The notes under the pieces are model-generated. The model had not been told where the DNA came from, ran no database searches, and saw only the letters and a program-made list of their open reading frames with translations. Below are positions 18,767-28,897 of a DNA stretch of 64,000 nucleotides, one piece after another (within the stretch, counting starts at the first letter, position 1; the number at the start of each line of letters is the position of its first letter). Where the stretch lies: assembly GCA_963675745.2 (NCBI GenBank), contig CAXXWX010000015.1, forward strand, positions 352,001 to 416,000, written 5' to 3'. A program made the translations under genes and the position numbers. The stretch comes from Phycisphaerae bacterium (lineage in GTDB: Bacteria; Planctomycetota; Phycisphaerae; UBA1845; Fen-1342).

Positions 18767-20299
18767 CTACGCGCCGCCGGTCAGTAGCGCGACGAACGGA
18801 TCGATATCGCCGTTATTGACCCACGTGTCGCCGTTACAGTCGGCGAGCATGTGGTCACAATCGGGATAGGTAACGTAGTACAGTGCCGTGTTCTCGATCG
18901 CCAGAATGAACGCGTCGATATCGCCGTTGTTGACGACCCCGTCACAGTTCAGGTCACCGGTTGTTGGGCTGGCTGACCGAACGACAATGCGCGTGAACCG
19001 GGCCAAACCATCACCAAACAGGTGGTCACCCGTCCCGACGAGATACAGCCGGTTCAGCGCGGCATCTGGCGCGTGCGTGGTCCACTCGCGCTCACCGACC
19101 ACGGTCCAGCTATCGCCAATCATCTTGCTGAACCTGGCGTAGAGATCGGTTCCCGAGCGGCCGAAGACAACCTCGTACTCGTTGCCACCTTGAGGTTCGC
19201 CGTAGACGACGTCGGTTTCAGAGAAACCCGTTGCGTCTTGCGAGCCAGCGTTGAGCGTGACATCGTGACCAATGTGGAAGCGCGTGCGAATCCACTGGCT
19301 TCCCGCCGCATACGGATCAAGGTAGTCGAACGTCTCGTCAGCGAGACAAATGTTGATATCGTAGCCCTCTTGGTCCAGGGAGAACCGAGCCTCAACCTCG
19401 ACATCGTCACTACAGGCACCCACAGTTCTGCTCGCGGCGACAACTTCACTCACTCCGTTGCCGGGATACCCGACAAAGAAGCCCTCGCCAGGAACGTAGT
19501 AAGCGTTGTCGGTCTCACCTTCGAGCAGGAAGTTGGGATCAGTCGATGAATCCCAATCCCAGCCGCACTCTGTGATGGAATGCGCAAGCTGCTGTATTTC
19601 CGTCTCGGACAAGGCGCGGCCATACATGTACACGTCGTCGAGCAGTCCATTGAACTTGTGCGAGCCACCTTCCGCCCCTCCGACTATGAGACCCTGCGCG
19701 TTGTCGGAAATGTCGGCGATATACACGCCGGCCTCAACCGGGGCACCGTCGATGTAATAGACGTACTCATCGGTAAAGTCGATGTACGTCATGGCCAGAT
19801 GATGCCAGACATCGCGCGTCGTGGCGGTGGTGCTGATCAACTCGGTGTGCCAGGGAGTAGCGATGAAGTAGGGAAGCACATCTCCGGCAACCACCTCGAC
19901 GGTTCCCCACATCCAGCTTCCATCAGAGTTGCCGCCGTATCCATGTTTGCCGAGGATGATGTTGTACCCACTCCCGTCGTAGGTGTTGATCCAGGCCGCG
20001 AATGTGAAGTCGCCGGTTGGATCGAGCTGAACGGCGTCGGGGACCGTCACATAGCCCACGTCGTTGAACTGCCCCGAGTACGCCGACTCCGCGAACGGCG
20101 TATTTGGTGAGAACCCGAAGCCGCCCTGCCCCGTTCCATCGTGTCCGTTGCCGCTGGCGTCGCCAACGTTGACGCCGCTGCCCTCCTCGAAATCCCAGAA
20201 TGCGATCAGCCCGTCGCCAAGATCGGCGCGGACGGCACCGGAGACAACCAAACTGGCCACCGCGAGCGCGCCGATCATCTGCCATCGTGTCGATTTCAT
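18767..20299 (-). CDS. Secreted LamG/pentraxin-like domain protein with a C-terminal dockerin-like repeat
   Basis: Signal peptide; LIAFWDFEEGSG...DASGNGHDG, FTFAAWI, WHHLAMTY, FNGLLDDVYMYGRALSETEI; C-terminal GDLNCDGVVNNGDIDAF...ADCNGDTWVNNGDIDPFVALL. Confidence 0.85.
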   Translation of the reverse strand: MKSTRWQMIGALAVASLVVSGAVRADLGDGLIAFWDFEEGSGVNVGDASGNGHDGTGQGGFGFSPNTPFAESAYSGQFNDVGYVTVPDAVQLDPTGDFTFAAWINTYDGSGYNIILGKHGYGGNSDGSWMWGTVEVVAGDVLPYFIATPWHTELISTTATTRDVWHHLAMTYIDFTDEYVYYIDGAPVEAGVYIADISDNAQGLIVGGAEGGSHKFNGLLDDVYMYGRALSETEIQQLAHSITECGWDWDSSTDPNFLLEGETDNAYYVPGEGFFVGYPGNGVSEVVAASRTVGACSDDVEVEARFSLDQEGYDINICLADETFDYLDPYAAGSQWIRTRFHIGHDVTLNAGSQDATGFSETDVVYGEPQGGNEYEVVFGRSGTDLYARFSKMIGDSWTVVGEREWTTHAPDAALNRLYLVGTGDHLFGDGLARFTRIVVRSASPTTGDLNCDGVVNNGDIDAFILAIENTALYYVTYPDCDHMLADCNGDTWVNNGDIDPFVALLTGGA

Positions 20300-20575
20300 C
20301 CAATAACCCCTTTCCAAACATGGAAGCCCAAGTGCCCGCCCCACTGCGGGGCGCTATCCGCCATTGACTCGCGGGAGTGCCGTTCGATCTTTCGGCGATC
20401 TCGTTTTTTCGCGCCGCCAGCAAGAATCGCGGTTTGCGAGAAAGATCCCGGAGGCAGCCTGCGAGTGTGCAGGTGGGGAGCCGGGCACCGCATGCCGGTT
20501 CGCGGGGGGGCGGACCGGTAGCGGCCCTGCTCGCGGCGTGGTCCGGATGTCAAGGGATGGCGTACAATGGCACTG

Positions 20576-21172
20576 ATGATCCAGACAACCAGCAGCCAAC
20601 TCCTGAAGACAATGCGCGGCGGGTGCGATGAGCGCGCCTGGCGCCGGTTCTTCGCGACCTACGCCCCGATGCTGCTGGCGTTCGCTAAGCGCCTGGGCCT
20701 TTCAGATGCAGACGCGCACGACGCATTGCAGGAAACCGTGCTGGCCGTCTTTGCGGCATTTGCCAAGATGCAAGACCCGTTTGATCGCTCCAAGGGTCGT
20801 TTCAAGGCCTGGTTGCGGGGGATCGCGAAGCACAAGATCGCGGACGTGCAACGACGTCGCGTTCGCCAGGAGTTCGTCAAGGCCAGCCAAATGCAAGAGG
20901 CAACCGACCCCGCTTGTATGACCAGCGAAATGGACGAGCACTTCGAAACGGAATGGCGCCGCAACCTTCTGACGCGTGCCCTCGATCAGGTCGCGGCAAC
21001 AGTAGACCCGACGGTTTACCAGGCGTTTGAGCTGTACGTGTTGCAGGGGCACCGCCCGGACCAGGTGGCGCGTCTGCTCGGCGTCACACGGAATGCCGTC
21101 TACATCAGCAAGACGCGCGTGATGCGGCGTTTGCGCGGGATCTTCAGCGGGTTGCTGGAAGAGGAGAGTTGA
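20576..21172 (+). CDS. ECF-type RNA polymerase sigma factor
   Basis: TSSQLL, AWRRFFATYAP, DAHDALQE, KGRFKAWLRGIA, region 4 VARLLGVTRNAVYISKTRV. Start at 20576 or 20567. Confidence 0.9.
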   Translation: MIQTTSSQLLKTMRGGCDERAWRRFFATYAPMLLAFAKRLGLSDADAHDALQETVLAVFAAFAKMQDPFDRSKGRFKAWLRGIAKHKIADVQRRRVRQEFVKASQMQEATDPACMTSEMDEHFETEWRRNLLTRALDQVAATVDPTVYQAFELYVLQGHRPDQVARLLGVTRNAVYISKTRVMRRLRGIFSGLLEEES

Positions 21173-21175
21173 GCC

Positions 21176-21448
21176 GTGAGCTGTCCGGATCCGGAGATCT
21201 TGATCGCATACTCCAGCGGCAAGCTCAGCGCTGAAGCGGCCACCGAGGTTGAACGCCACGCCGAGGGTTGTCATCGCTGCGCCGCGCGACTCGCCGACAT
21301 GCCGATTGACGAACCGTTGCTGGCCGAACTGCGTGATATGCTCAAAGCGCGCGATGAGTTGCAATCGACGCTCAACGAGCTTGCGGACTCGGAGGAACGT
21401 ATCACGAGCACGCTTTTTCCGCGCAAGGATCCACGGTTGCCCGCGTGA
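21176..21448 (+). CDS. Small zinc-finger (zf-HC2/ZAS) anti-sigma-like protein
   Basis: CPDPEILIAYSSGKL...VERHAEGCHRC (HxxxCxxC); starts 3 nt after the ECF stop. Confidence 0.8.
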   Translation: MSCPDPEILIAYSSGKLSAEAATEVERHAEGCHRCAARLADMPIDEPLLAELRDMLKARDELQSTLNELADSEERITSTLFPRKDPRLPA

Positions 21449-21584
21449 GCCACCATCCGTGGGGCGCGGCCGAGATGAACAGCGCCTATTGCCAACACGA
21501 TGGCGACGCACTCGTCGGCCGGTTTGCGAACAGGCGTTCGAGAAGGTATCAGTCTATCTGAGTTGACCGCTCAGGAGGGTTGGG

Positions 21585-24029
21585 ATGGATACAACAGCCA
21601 CGCACGCGAATTCCCAACCCGCGGGCCAGTCACCGCTGACACCCCGTTCACCCGGCGAAATCCCCAATTATCGAATGCTGTACCACATTGGCGCTGGCGG
21701 GTTCGGCGACGTCTGGCTTGCACGCGAACGAGTAACCGATGTCCCGCGCGCGGTTAAGACGATCTTCAAAGACCATAGCGGCCGTGACGAGAAAGAGATC
21801 GCCGGCGTCCGTCGTTACCAGAACTGCGCCCACAACCACCCGCATCTGCTTCAGATTCTGAGCGTCGGCGAAAATGCGCGCTGCTACTACTGCGTTATGG
21901 AGACGGCAGATGACGCCGAGAGCTCAACGACACCTGAGCGTGCGTATCGCCCCATGACATTGCGCACGCTGGCAACGCGACGCGGGCGCCTACCGGCCCG
22001 CGAGACGCTGGACATCATCGCCAAGCTGGCCTCGGCTCTCGGTCGGCTTCACGATCAAGGACTTGCGCACTTCGATATCAAGCCTGAGAACATCCTGATC
22101 GTGGGCGGAGAACCCAAGATCGCCGACGTGGGCCTCGTGTCGCCATTAAGCGACGCATCCACACATGCGGGTACGCGCGCCTACATGCCGCCGGATGGGC
22201 GCCCGGATGATCTATACGCCCTCGGAAAGATCCTCTATGAGCTACTCACGGGCCGCCAAGCCACCGACTTCCCGAGCCTGCCGGCCGATTTCCTGCGCAG
22301 CGGTGACCGCCTGCTGCGGTCAGCGGTCGCCTTGGCCAACCGCGCTTGCCATCCAGATTCAACACGGCGCTACGCATCGGTAACGCAGCTCCGCAACGAT
22401 CTCAGGCGGCTTCTGCGCGCACGGCACGGCCCCATCGGGTGGTGGCGCCGGCGCTCGCGACGGACCCGAGCTATGCTCGTCAGCGGCTGTGCTTTGGTGA
22501 CGACCGTGATCGGTATCACGGCGTTCGCGGTGTATCGGCGAACGGTGCCGTTGGAATTGCGCGCGCAGCGCATCGACACACCGTTCAGTGCGGAGGGTAT
22601 CATCTTCGTCCCGGACGCCGATCAGGAAATGCAGGCCATGCTGACCGATGCGCGCGGCGAGTTGTCGACGCGCATCGACCCGGGCGCGTATGCGCTCCCG
22701 CTGGCCAAACATACGCAGTACTTCAGTCTTGAAGCCCGCCTGCGTTTCCACAGGCCGTGGGGGTTCGTGCAACTGGGCCTAGCCGGCGATGCGGCGGGAG
22801 CTAATGCTATCGCGGTCAGCCTGGAGGGCCAGCCGGGGGGCGAGGGGTTGCGCACGCGTCTGATTGCAGCCGGCGCGGTCGGCTCCGAAGTCGCAGAATC
22901 CGCGTGGATAATTGGCCACCCATTGCCTGGCGTGGAATATGTGCTGCGCCTGGCACGCTGCCGCAATGAGTATGAGCTGGCCTTGTGGCCTCTGGCTTGC
23001 GATGACCCGACGCCCCTGAAGTGCCGCACTGCGGTATTACCGACACACGGCGCGGCTACGCACCTCCGCATTACGGCGCGCTCGCCCGATCCGCTGGCCG
23101 GCGTCGAATTACTGAAGATACGTCTGGCGAGTTACACCGCGCCCTTACCCAATGCTAGCGATCCGTTGCCCGAGGCGGTGCTTGATGGGCCGGTGTGGCC
23201 GACCGTGCCCCCCGTTCAGGCTGACTTCGTGTGGCCCGTGTGCAACCTCATCCGTACTCCGCTCCACCCGGTAGGCTCCGATGCCTGGTCGGCCATCGGA
23301 AACTGGGGCTGGTGGGACGCTGGTGTGCATCGCCGGGGCGATCCCGGCGAGCTTCACTGCCGTCCCTGGAGCGATGAACGACGAAACGATATCGTCAGGG
23401 AGGGTCTCGGGCCGCTGGCGGACTGCTATCAGGGCATTCAGCTCCTGCGTTTTGACCGCGCGGAGATCGGAGACTGCGCAGTTCGTGTAAACATACGTAT
23501 GCGCGGGGAAGATCAGCCGGGCAACGACCAGGCATTCGCAACAAAATCTCACGGCGGCGCGGTTGGCGTCGTGTTGAGGCTTCAGGATCACCCCCCTGAC
23601 GATTGCGCCTGGGGAGCAGCGTATGTCGCCGCGCTCCAGGTAGAACCGGCAGAACATGTAGCCGCGGTGGCGACGCGCAACGCCGGGTATCAACTCAGAC
23701 GGACTCCGTTTGGGCACTCCGGAGACTCAAACGGGCTGCTTTTGGTCCGAGGCGTTGAGGCGCCACAGGACCCGGATCGGCCGCGATGCGTAACGCCACA
23801 CATGAGCGACGCGCAAGCCGCGCGCGTGCGCGCAGCGCTCTTTTCACCGGAGGGCGTCGATCTGGATGTAACGCTGGTCGGCGGAGACCTCACGTTGCGT
23901 TTGATGGGCGACGAAAACCCGCTTGTGGAAATGCGCGACCCGGACCCGCTCGGCCGCGGCCGCATCGCCCTTTTCTGTGCGCGGCTGCTCACAGAATTCA
24001 CCGAGGTAGAGGTCACGCCGCGCGACTAG
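21585..24029 (+). CDS. Transmembrane Hanks-type Ser/Thr protein kinase with an extracytoplasmic domain
   Basis: IGAGGFGDVW, RAVK, HFDIKPENIL, IADVGL, GTRAYMPP, DLYALG; one TM helix; own RBS AGGAGG. Confidence 0.9.
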   Translation: MDTTATHANSQPAGQSPLTPRSPGEIPNYRMLYHIGAGGFGDVWLARERVTDVPRAVKTIFKDHSGRDEKEIAGVRRYQNCAHNHPHLLQILSVGENARCYYCVMETADDAESSTTPERAYRPMTLRTLATRRGRLPARETLDIIAKLASALGRLHDQGLAHFDIKPENILIVGGEPKIADVGLVSPLSDASTHAGTRAYMPPDGRPDDLYALGKILYELLTGRQATDFPSLPADFLRSGDRLLRSAVALANRACHPDSTRRYASVTQLRNDLRRLLRARHGPIGWWRRRSRRTRAMLVSGCALVTTVIGITAFAVYRRTVPLELRAQRIDTPFSAEGIIFVPDADQEMQAMLTDARGELSTRIDPGAYALPLAKHTQYFSLEARLRFHRPWGFVQLGLAGDAAGANAIAVSLEGQPGGEGLRTRLIAAGAVGSEVAESAWIIGHPLPGVEYVLRLARCRNEYELALWPLACDDPTPLKCRTAVLPTHGAATHLRITARSPDPLAGVELLKIRLASYTAPLPNASDPLPEAVLDGPVWPTVPPVQADFVWPVCNLIRTPLHPVGSDAWSAIGNWGWWDAGVHRRGDPGELHCRPWSDERRNDIVREGLGPLADCYQGIQLLRFDRAEIGDCAVRVNIRMRGEDQPGNDQAFATKSHGGAVGVVLRLQDHPPDDCAWGAAYVAALQVEPAEHVAAVATRNAGYQLRRTPFGHSGDSNGLLLVRGVEAPQDPDRPRCVTPHMSDAQAARVRAALFSPEGVDLDVTLVGGDLTLRLMGDENPLVEMRDPDPLGRGRIALFCARLLTEFTEVEVTPRD

Positions 24030-24107
24030 CGCGACATGCGTGGATTACCCAGGTGGTGCATCACGGTGCAGGCACTGCAGCGCGAATGTGTTTCTGTAGC
24101 AGTCGGG

Positions 24108-25658
24108 CTACGCCAGATTCATCGTCATCAGGAACACCGCGTTCTTCTCGACCTTTTGCAGCCGGCCGCGCAGCAGTTCCACGCTTTCCACCGGGTTCAT
24201 GTCGCTCAGTACGCGGCGGAGCATGTAGATCTTCTCGAGCTCCTGCGGGTCGAGCAGCAACTCCTCTTTCCGCGTCCCCGAGGCCGCGATGTTGATCGCC
24301 GGCCAGATGCGCTTGTCGACCAGGCGGCGGTCGAGCGCCAACTCGGAATTGCCGGTACCCTTGAACTCCTCGAAGATGACCTCGTCCATCTTTGAGCCGG
24401 TATCGACCAGGGCCGTACCGATGATCGTCAGGCTGCCGCCCTCTTCGATATTTCGCGCGGCACCAAAGAACCGCTTGGGCTTTTGAAGCGCGTTGGCGTC
24501 AACACCGCCGGAGAGAATCTTGCCTGAGTGCGGAACCTCGGTGTTGTGAGCCCGGGCCAGACGCGTGATCGAATCCAACAGGATGACCACATCGCGGCCA
24601 TACTCCACCAGCCGACGCGCCTTCTCAATCACCATATCCGCAACCTGCACGTGGCGACTGGCCGGCTCGTCAAACGTCGAGCTAATCACCTCGGCCTTGG
24701 TCGCCCGCTGCATCTCGGTCACTTCCTCGGGCCGCTCATCAATCAGCAGAATGATGACCTTGGCCTCCGGGTGATTGGTCGTGATCGCGTTCGCCATCTT
24801 CTGTAGCAGAACCGTCTTACCGGTGCGCGGCGGCGCGACGATCAGCATGCGCTGCCCGAAGCCGATCGGCGTCACCATGTCCACGATCCGCATGTTGATT
24901 TCTTTGGGATCGGTTTCGAGCACGACGCGGCGATCCGGGTGCAACGGCGTGAGATCCTCGAAATTCGTCTTCTCCGTAACCGTCTCAGGCGCCTCGAAAT
25001 TGATCGCCTCCACACGCAGCAGCGCGAAGTAGCGCTCGGATTCCTTCGGCGGTCTGATCTGACCGGCAACGATGTGACCGTTGCGCAACCCAAACCGGCG
25101 GATCTGCGACGGGCTCACATAGATGTCGTCGGGACACGGCAGATAGTTGTATTCCGGACTCCGCAGAAAGCCGAAACCGTCCGGCAGAATCTCCAGCACA
25201 CCCTCGCCGTACAGCAGGCCGTTCTGGTTTATGCGGCGTTTGAGAATGTTGAAGATCAGATCCTGCTTGGTCAGGCCGACGTAATCTTCAATCTTCTCTT
25301 CCTTGGCGACCTCGTGAAGTTCGGTGACGGTCATCTTCTGAAGGTCGGTAATGTGCAGCTCGGAACGCTTGATGCGCTCGTACTTCTCATGCGTCTCGCG
25401 GTCGATGGCCGCCTCGGCGTTGTCTTCGGCGGGCGCTTCACGCTTCTTCTTGCCGCGCGAGCCCTTCTTGCCTGACCTGCCGGAGGACTTGGCCGGCGCG
25501 GCTGTCGCCTCTTCGCCGGCGCTCTCCTCTTCGACGAATTTTGTGTCGTCGTCGGTGTCCTCGGGCGCGGTCACCGCGTCTTCGGCGTCTTCGGGAATGC
25601 TCTCGATGACATCCTGCAAGTTCTTCTTGCTGCGCGAGCGCGTAGTCGACTTGGCCAT
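24108..25658 (-). CDS. rho: Transcription termination factor Rho
   Basis: [61 protein letters not shown]. Confidence 0.98.
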   Translation of the reverse strand: MAKSTTRSRSKKNLQDVIESIPEDAEDAVTAPEDTDDDTKFVEEESAGEEATAAPAKSSGRSGKKGSRGKKKREAPAEDNAEAAIDRETHEKYERIKRSELHITDLQKMTVTELHEVAKEEKIEDYVGLTKQDLIFNILKRRINQNGLLYGEGVLEILPDGFGFLRSPEYNYLPCPDDIYVSPSQIRRFGLRNGHIVAGQIRPPKESERYFALLRVEAINFEAPETVTEKTNFEDLTPLHPDRRVVLETDPKEINMRIVDMVTPIGFGQRMLIVAPPRTGKTVLLQKMANAITTNHPEAKVIILLIDERPEEVTEMQRATKAEVISSTFDEPASRHVQVADMVIEKARRLVEYGRDVVILLDSITRLARAHNTEVPHSGKILSGGVDANALQKPKRFFGAARNIEEGGSLTIIGTALVDTGSKMDEVIFEEFKGTGNSELALDRRLVDKRIWPAINIAASGTRKEELLLDPQELEKIYMLRRVLSDMNPVESVELLRGRLQKVEKNAVFLMTMNLA

Positions 25659-25760
25659 GCGTTGTTACTCCGCGTACAACAATAGCGACGAGCCCCAGCC
25701 AGCCGTCCTCGGGTAGGAAACGGCGGGTATTGCGTTAAGACTGGCCGCAGGGGGGAGATG

Positions 25761-26381
25761 CTACGCGAGTATCCTATCGAGGATATTCACAACCTGCCCG
25801 CGTAACTGTTCGATTGATCCCTCGTTTTCCACAACAAATCCAGACCGCTTTCGTTTTTCGTCCAACGAAAGCTGCCATCCTTCCCGTTGGGCTAGCTGAT
25901 CGGCATCCCAGCTTCGTTCCCGCCGCAACCGCGCCAACCTCTGCTGTTTGCTAGTATCGACGAAAACAAGGTGATCGCACAGGCGATCGAGGCTGCTTTC
26001 AAACAGAAGCGGGGAATCGAGAATGATGGCCTTGACCACTTGGTCCGTGTTACTGCGAGAAATAATAGCATTGCGCTCCCGCGCGATCAAGGGGTGTACG
26101 AGTGATTCCAGGCGCTGTTTCTCCCGTCCGTCCGCAAAGATAATCCGGGCTATCCGGCTCCGATCCGGCTTGCCCTCTGGAGTCATAACCTCAGGCCCCC
26201 ACCAACCTTGCAACTCGCTGAGCACCTCGGGCCGCGCTAGTATCTCGTGATTCAGACGATCCGAGTCGATTATGACGCAGCCCTCCCTGGCGAACGCGTT
26301 GGCCACGGTCGATTTCCCCGCGCCGACCCCCCCGCTCAATCCAATGATCGGTTTGTGATATCCCACGCCCTCACCCACCAC
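25761..26381 (-). CDS. coaE: Dephospho-CoA kinase
   Basis: IIGLSGGVGAGKSTV, LESLVHPLI, ILDSPLLFE; directly upstream of rho. Confidence 0.93.
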   Translation of the reverse strand: MVGEGVGYHKPIIGLSGGVGAGKSTVANAFAREGCVIIDSDRLNHEILARPEVLSELQGWWGPEVMTPEGKPDRSRIARIIFADGREKQRLESLVHPLIARERNAIISRSNTDQVVKAIILDSPLLFESSLDRLCDHLVFVDTSKQQRLARLRRERSWDADQLAQREGWQLSLDEKRKRSGFVVENEGSIEQLRGQVVNILDRILA

Positions 26382-26440
26382 CGAGCCGCCTCGTTGCCTA
26401 GCTGCCTAGTGCAGTTTCTCACGCTGTTTGCATCCTATGA

Positions 26441-26506
26441 AGGGTGGTGCGGGCGTCTCGCCCGCTTCGGAATCGGCTCCTGGCGGGCGAGACGCCCGCC
26501 CCACCC
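26441..26506. repeat. REP-like inverted repeat
   Basis: gggtggtgcgggcgtctcgcccgc ... gcgggcgagacgcccgccccaccc (near-perfect reverse complement). Confidence 0.85.
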
Positions 26507-26536
26507 ATGTTGCTGGATTGGCGAGAAGGTACACTA

Positions 26537-26577
26537 GTTGCCTTGTTGCCTTGTTGCCCTGTTGCCTCGTTGCCTGG
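26537..26577. repeat. Tandem 8-mer repeat (GTTGCCTT-like, five units)
   Basis: gttgcctt gttgcctt gttgccct gttgcctc gttgcctg; related units at about 26390-26410. Confidence 0.8.
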
Positions 26578-26702
26578 CCGCCTCTCCGCTTCCCCCCAAA
26601 TGTCCCCCCCCACCATGGGGTTGTCAATCACGTCAAGACGCTAAAATGTCGCCTTCCGTCGGCCGGCGGGTCGGCGGCCCAACCCAACCACACGGAGCTA
26701 TC

Positions 26703-27812
26703 ATGACTCGGCCCATTCGCGTTCTCATCTCCAAGATCGGCCTCGACGGGCACGACCGCGGCGCCAAACTGATCGTCCGCAACCTGCGCGACGCCGGCAT
26801 GGAGGTCATCTATACCGGCCTGTGGCAGACACCCGCCTCAACCGTCTACGCCGCCTTGCAGGAGGATGTTGACGTGCTCGGCGTCAGTCTGCTGTCGGCC
26901 GCGCATATGACGATCATGCCGGAGTTGCAGCGCCTTTGTGGCGAAGTGGGTATCGGCGACACACCCATCGTCGTGGGCGGGATCATCCCCCAGGAAGATG
27001 GCGCCGCTTTGCGCGAGATGGGAATCGCGGGGGTCTACAACCCCGGCACGCCAACTGCGGAGATCATCGAGGATCTCCGCAACCTGGCCAAGCGCCACAG
27101 ATCGCGCCGTGAGCTCGACGAGGCGATTCCGGATGTGACGACGCCGGCCGGCTTGCCCCGCGCATTGACGCAAATCGCCGCCGGCGATGTCCGCGTGCTG
27201 GATCAGCTTCCCAAGTCCAACGCGTCCGCCGCCCTGGTTGGTATCACCGGGGCGCCGGGTGTCGGCAAGAGCACGTTCATCGGCAAGCTGACAACGCGGC
27301 TGCGCGCGCGCGGCCACCGCGTGGCCGTCGTCGCGGTCGATCCCAGCAGCCCGATTACCGGAGGTGCCGTGCTAGGCGACCGTCTGCGCATGATGTCAAA
27401 AGAGCCGGACGACGGCCGCTTCGTCCGCAGCCTGGCGTCCTTGGGAGTGGCCGGCGGACTGGCGCCCCATTGCGCCGATATCGCCCGTGTGCTGGTTGCC
27501 GCCGGCTTTGAAATCGTCCTGATCGAAACAGTCGGCGCGGGACAGAACGACGTACAGGTGCGCGACCTGACACCCGACGTGCTGCTGCTGCTCATGCCCG
27601 GTGCCGGCGATGCAATCCAGTTCGCCAAGGCCGGAGTAATCGAGATTGCCACCGGCATCGTACTGAACAAAGCTGACCTCGAGGGAGCCGATACCACCTT
27701 GCGCCAGTTACGCGACATGCTCGATGATGGTCGCCCGATCTGGGAGGTCAGCTCACTGCGAACCGAAGGGCTCGAACCGGTATGTGATTGGCTGGAGTCC
27801 CGAATCGCCTGA
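26703..27812 (+). CDS. Cobalamin-binding domain fused to a MeaB/ArgK-family GTPase
   Basis: N-terminal KIGLDGHDRGAK (DxHxxG), GVSLLS, VGGIIP; C-terminal GITGAPGVGKST, AVDPSSP, GGAVLGDRLRM, ETVGAGQ, VLNKAD. ATG 26703 follows GGAG. Confidence 0.9.
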   Translation: MTRPIRVLISKIGLDGHDRGAKLIVRNLRDAGMEVIYTGLWQTPASTVYAALQEDVDVLGVSLLSAAHMTIMPELQRLCGEVGIGDTPIVVGGIIPQEDGAALREMGIAGVYNPGTPTAEIIEDLRNLAKRHRSRRELDEAIPDVTTPAGLPRALTQIAAGDVRVLDQLPKSNASAALVGITGAPGVGKSTFIGKLTTRLRARGHRVAVVAVDPSSPITGGAVLGDRLRMMSKEPDDGRFVRSLASLGVAGGLAPHCADIARVLVAAGFEIVLIETVGAGQNDVQVRDLTPDVLLLLMPGAGDAIQFAKAGVIEIATGIVLNKADLEGADTTLRQLRDMLDDGRPIWEVSSLRTEGLEPVCDWLESRIA

Positions 27813-27913
27813 GCCGGACGCTGGTCACTTCATCAATCGACAGTCCGCTGATCGAATCACGTGCCGTGCCCGCCGCTTCATCCGCATTGCGCGCGGGATC
27901 ATCGCGCGTCCGA

Positions 27914-28762
27914 TCATTCGCCGCGCGCGTCATACCAGGCCCGCCAGCGCTGCCGCGCCCGTTCGCGCGCGCTCTCCGATAACTCGCTCTCCGGCGGCGA
28001 CTTGATACCGGTGATGTGCGCGAGGGCGTTAACGGCTGCGCGCGACACGGTAATCGCGCGAGCAGTCATGGATGTCGGCACGGTCGTGGCGCCTTCACCG
28101 AGAAATTCGTCGAGCGGCGCCGCGTCGGCCGGAATCGAACGCTGATCGTCGAGCAGGCCCAGTAATGTCGGGACTGCGTCCGGATCACGCAATCCCGACA
28201 GGCTGTCAATAACCGCCGCGAGCTGTCCCGGCCGTGCGGATTCGCCGGCCAGGTCGATCAGAACCAGCGTTGCCTGTGATGTCCGCATGGTGGCCAGTGC
28301 GTTGCACGCGGCGCGCGCTGAAGCGTCATCTCCCGTCAGGAACAGGGTTTGCAGTGCGGGTAGCGCGCGAGGATCACGGCGCGCCGCCAATCCGACAGCG
28401 GCGAGCTCACGTATGCGACCATCCTCATCGTCGAGCAACGCGCCGAGTTGTGCGTCCGCCCAGCTTGTCCGCATCTGCTGAAGGACAACCACGCCGAGTT
28501 GGCGCAACTCCGCATCAGAGCTACGCATAAGTGCTGATGCGCCCCACGCCGCATCGTCGCCCAGGTTAGCCAGCGCCGCGACATACGCCACGCGTCGAAC
28601 CGGATCAGGCGTTCTGGCCAGTTGATACGCCCAGTATCGACCATACAGCTGATCTCGCAGAAACAGCGCAAGCGCGCACGCGACAATGGTCGCCAACACC
28701 ATGATCAACGGCAAACGCGACCTGCGCCGGCGTGTTTGCAACTCACCTTCCGCGGCGTTCAT
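27914..28762 (-). CDS. HEAT-repeat membrane-anchored protein
   Basis: N-terminal TM helix, then repeats such as LLDDEDGRIRELAAVGLA, DPRALPAL, DPDAVPTLLGLL. Confidence 0.75.
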   Translation of the reverse strand: MNAAEGELQTRRRRSRLPLIMVLATIVACALALFLRDQLYGRYWAYQLARTPDPVRRVAYVAALANLGDDAAWGASALMRSSDAELRQLGVVVLQQMRTSWADAQLGALLDDEDGRIRELAAVGLAARRDPRALPALQTLFLTGDDASARAACNALATMRTSQATLVLIDLAGESARPGQLAAVIDSLSGLRDPDAVPTLLGLLDDQRSIPADAAPLDEFLGEGATTVPTSMTARAITVSRAAVNALAHITGIKSPPESELSESARERARQRWRAWYDARGE

Positions 28763-28897
28763 AGCGCGGATTATACGTGTTCAGCCGCTGCCAGTCTGAT
28801 AAGCGCCGCGCGAGTTTTTTGTGATAGGTGTTTGGCTTTACTTGTGTATGATTAAGGACGTCTTGGGTAGCGCACACACCGTCGACGCGGACAGGAA

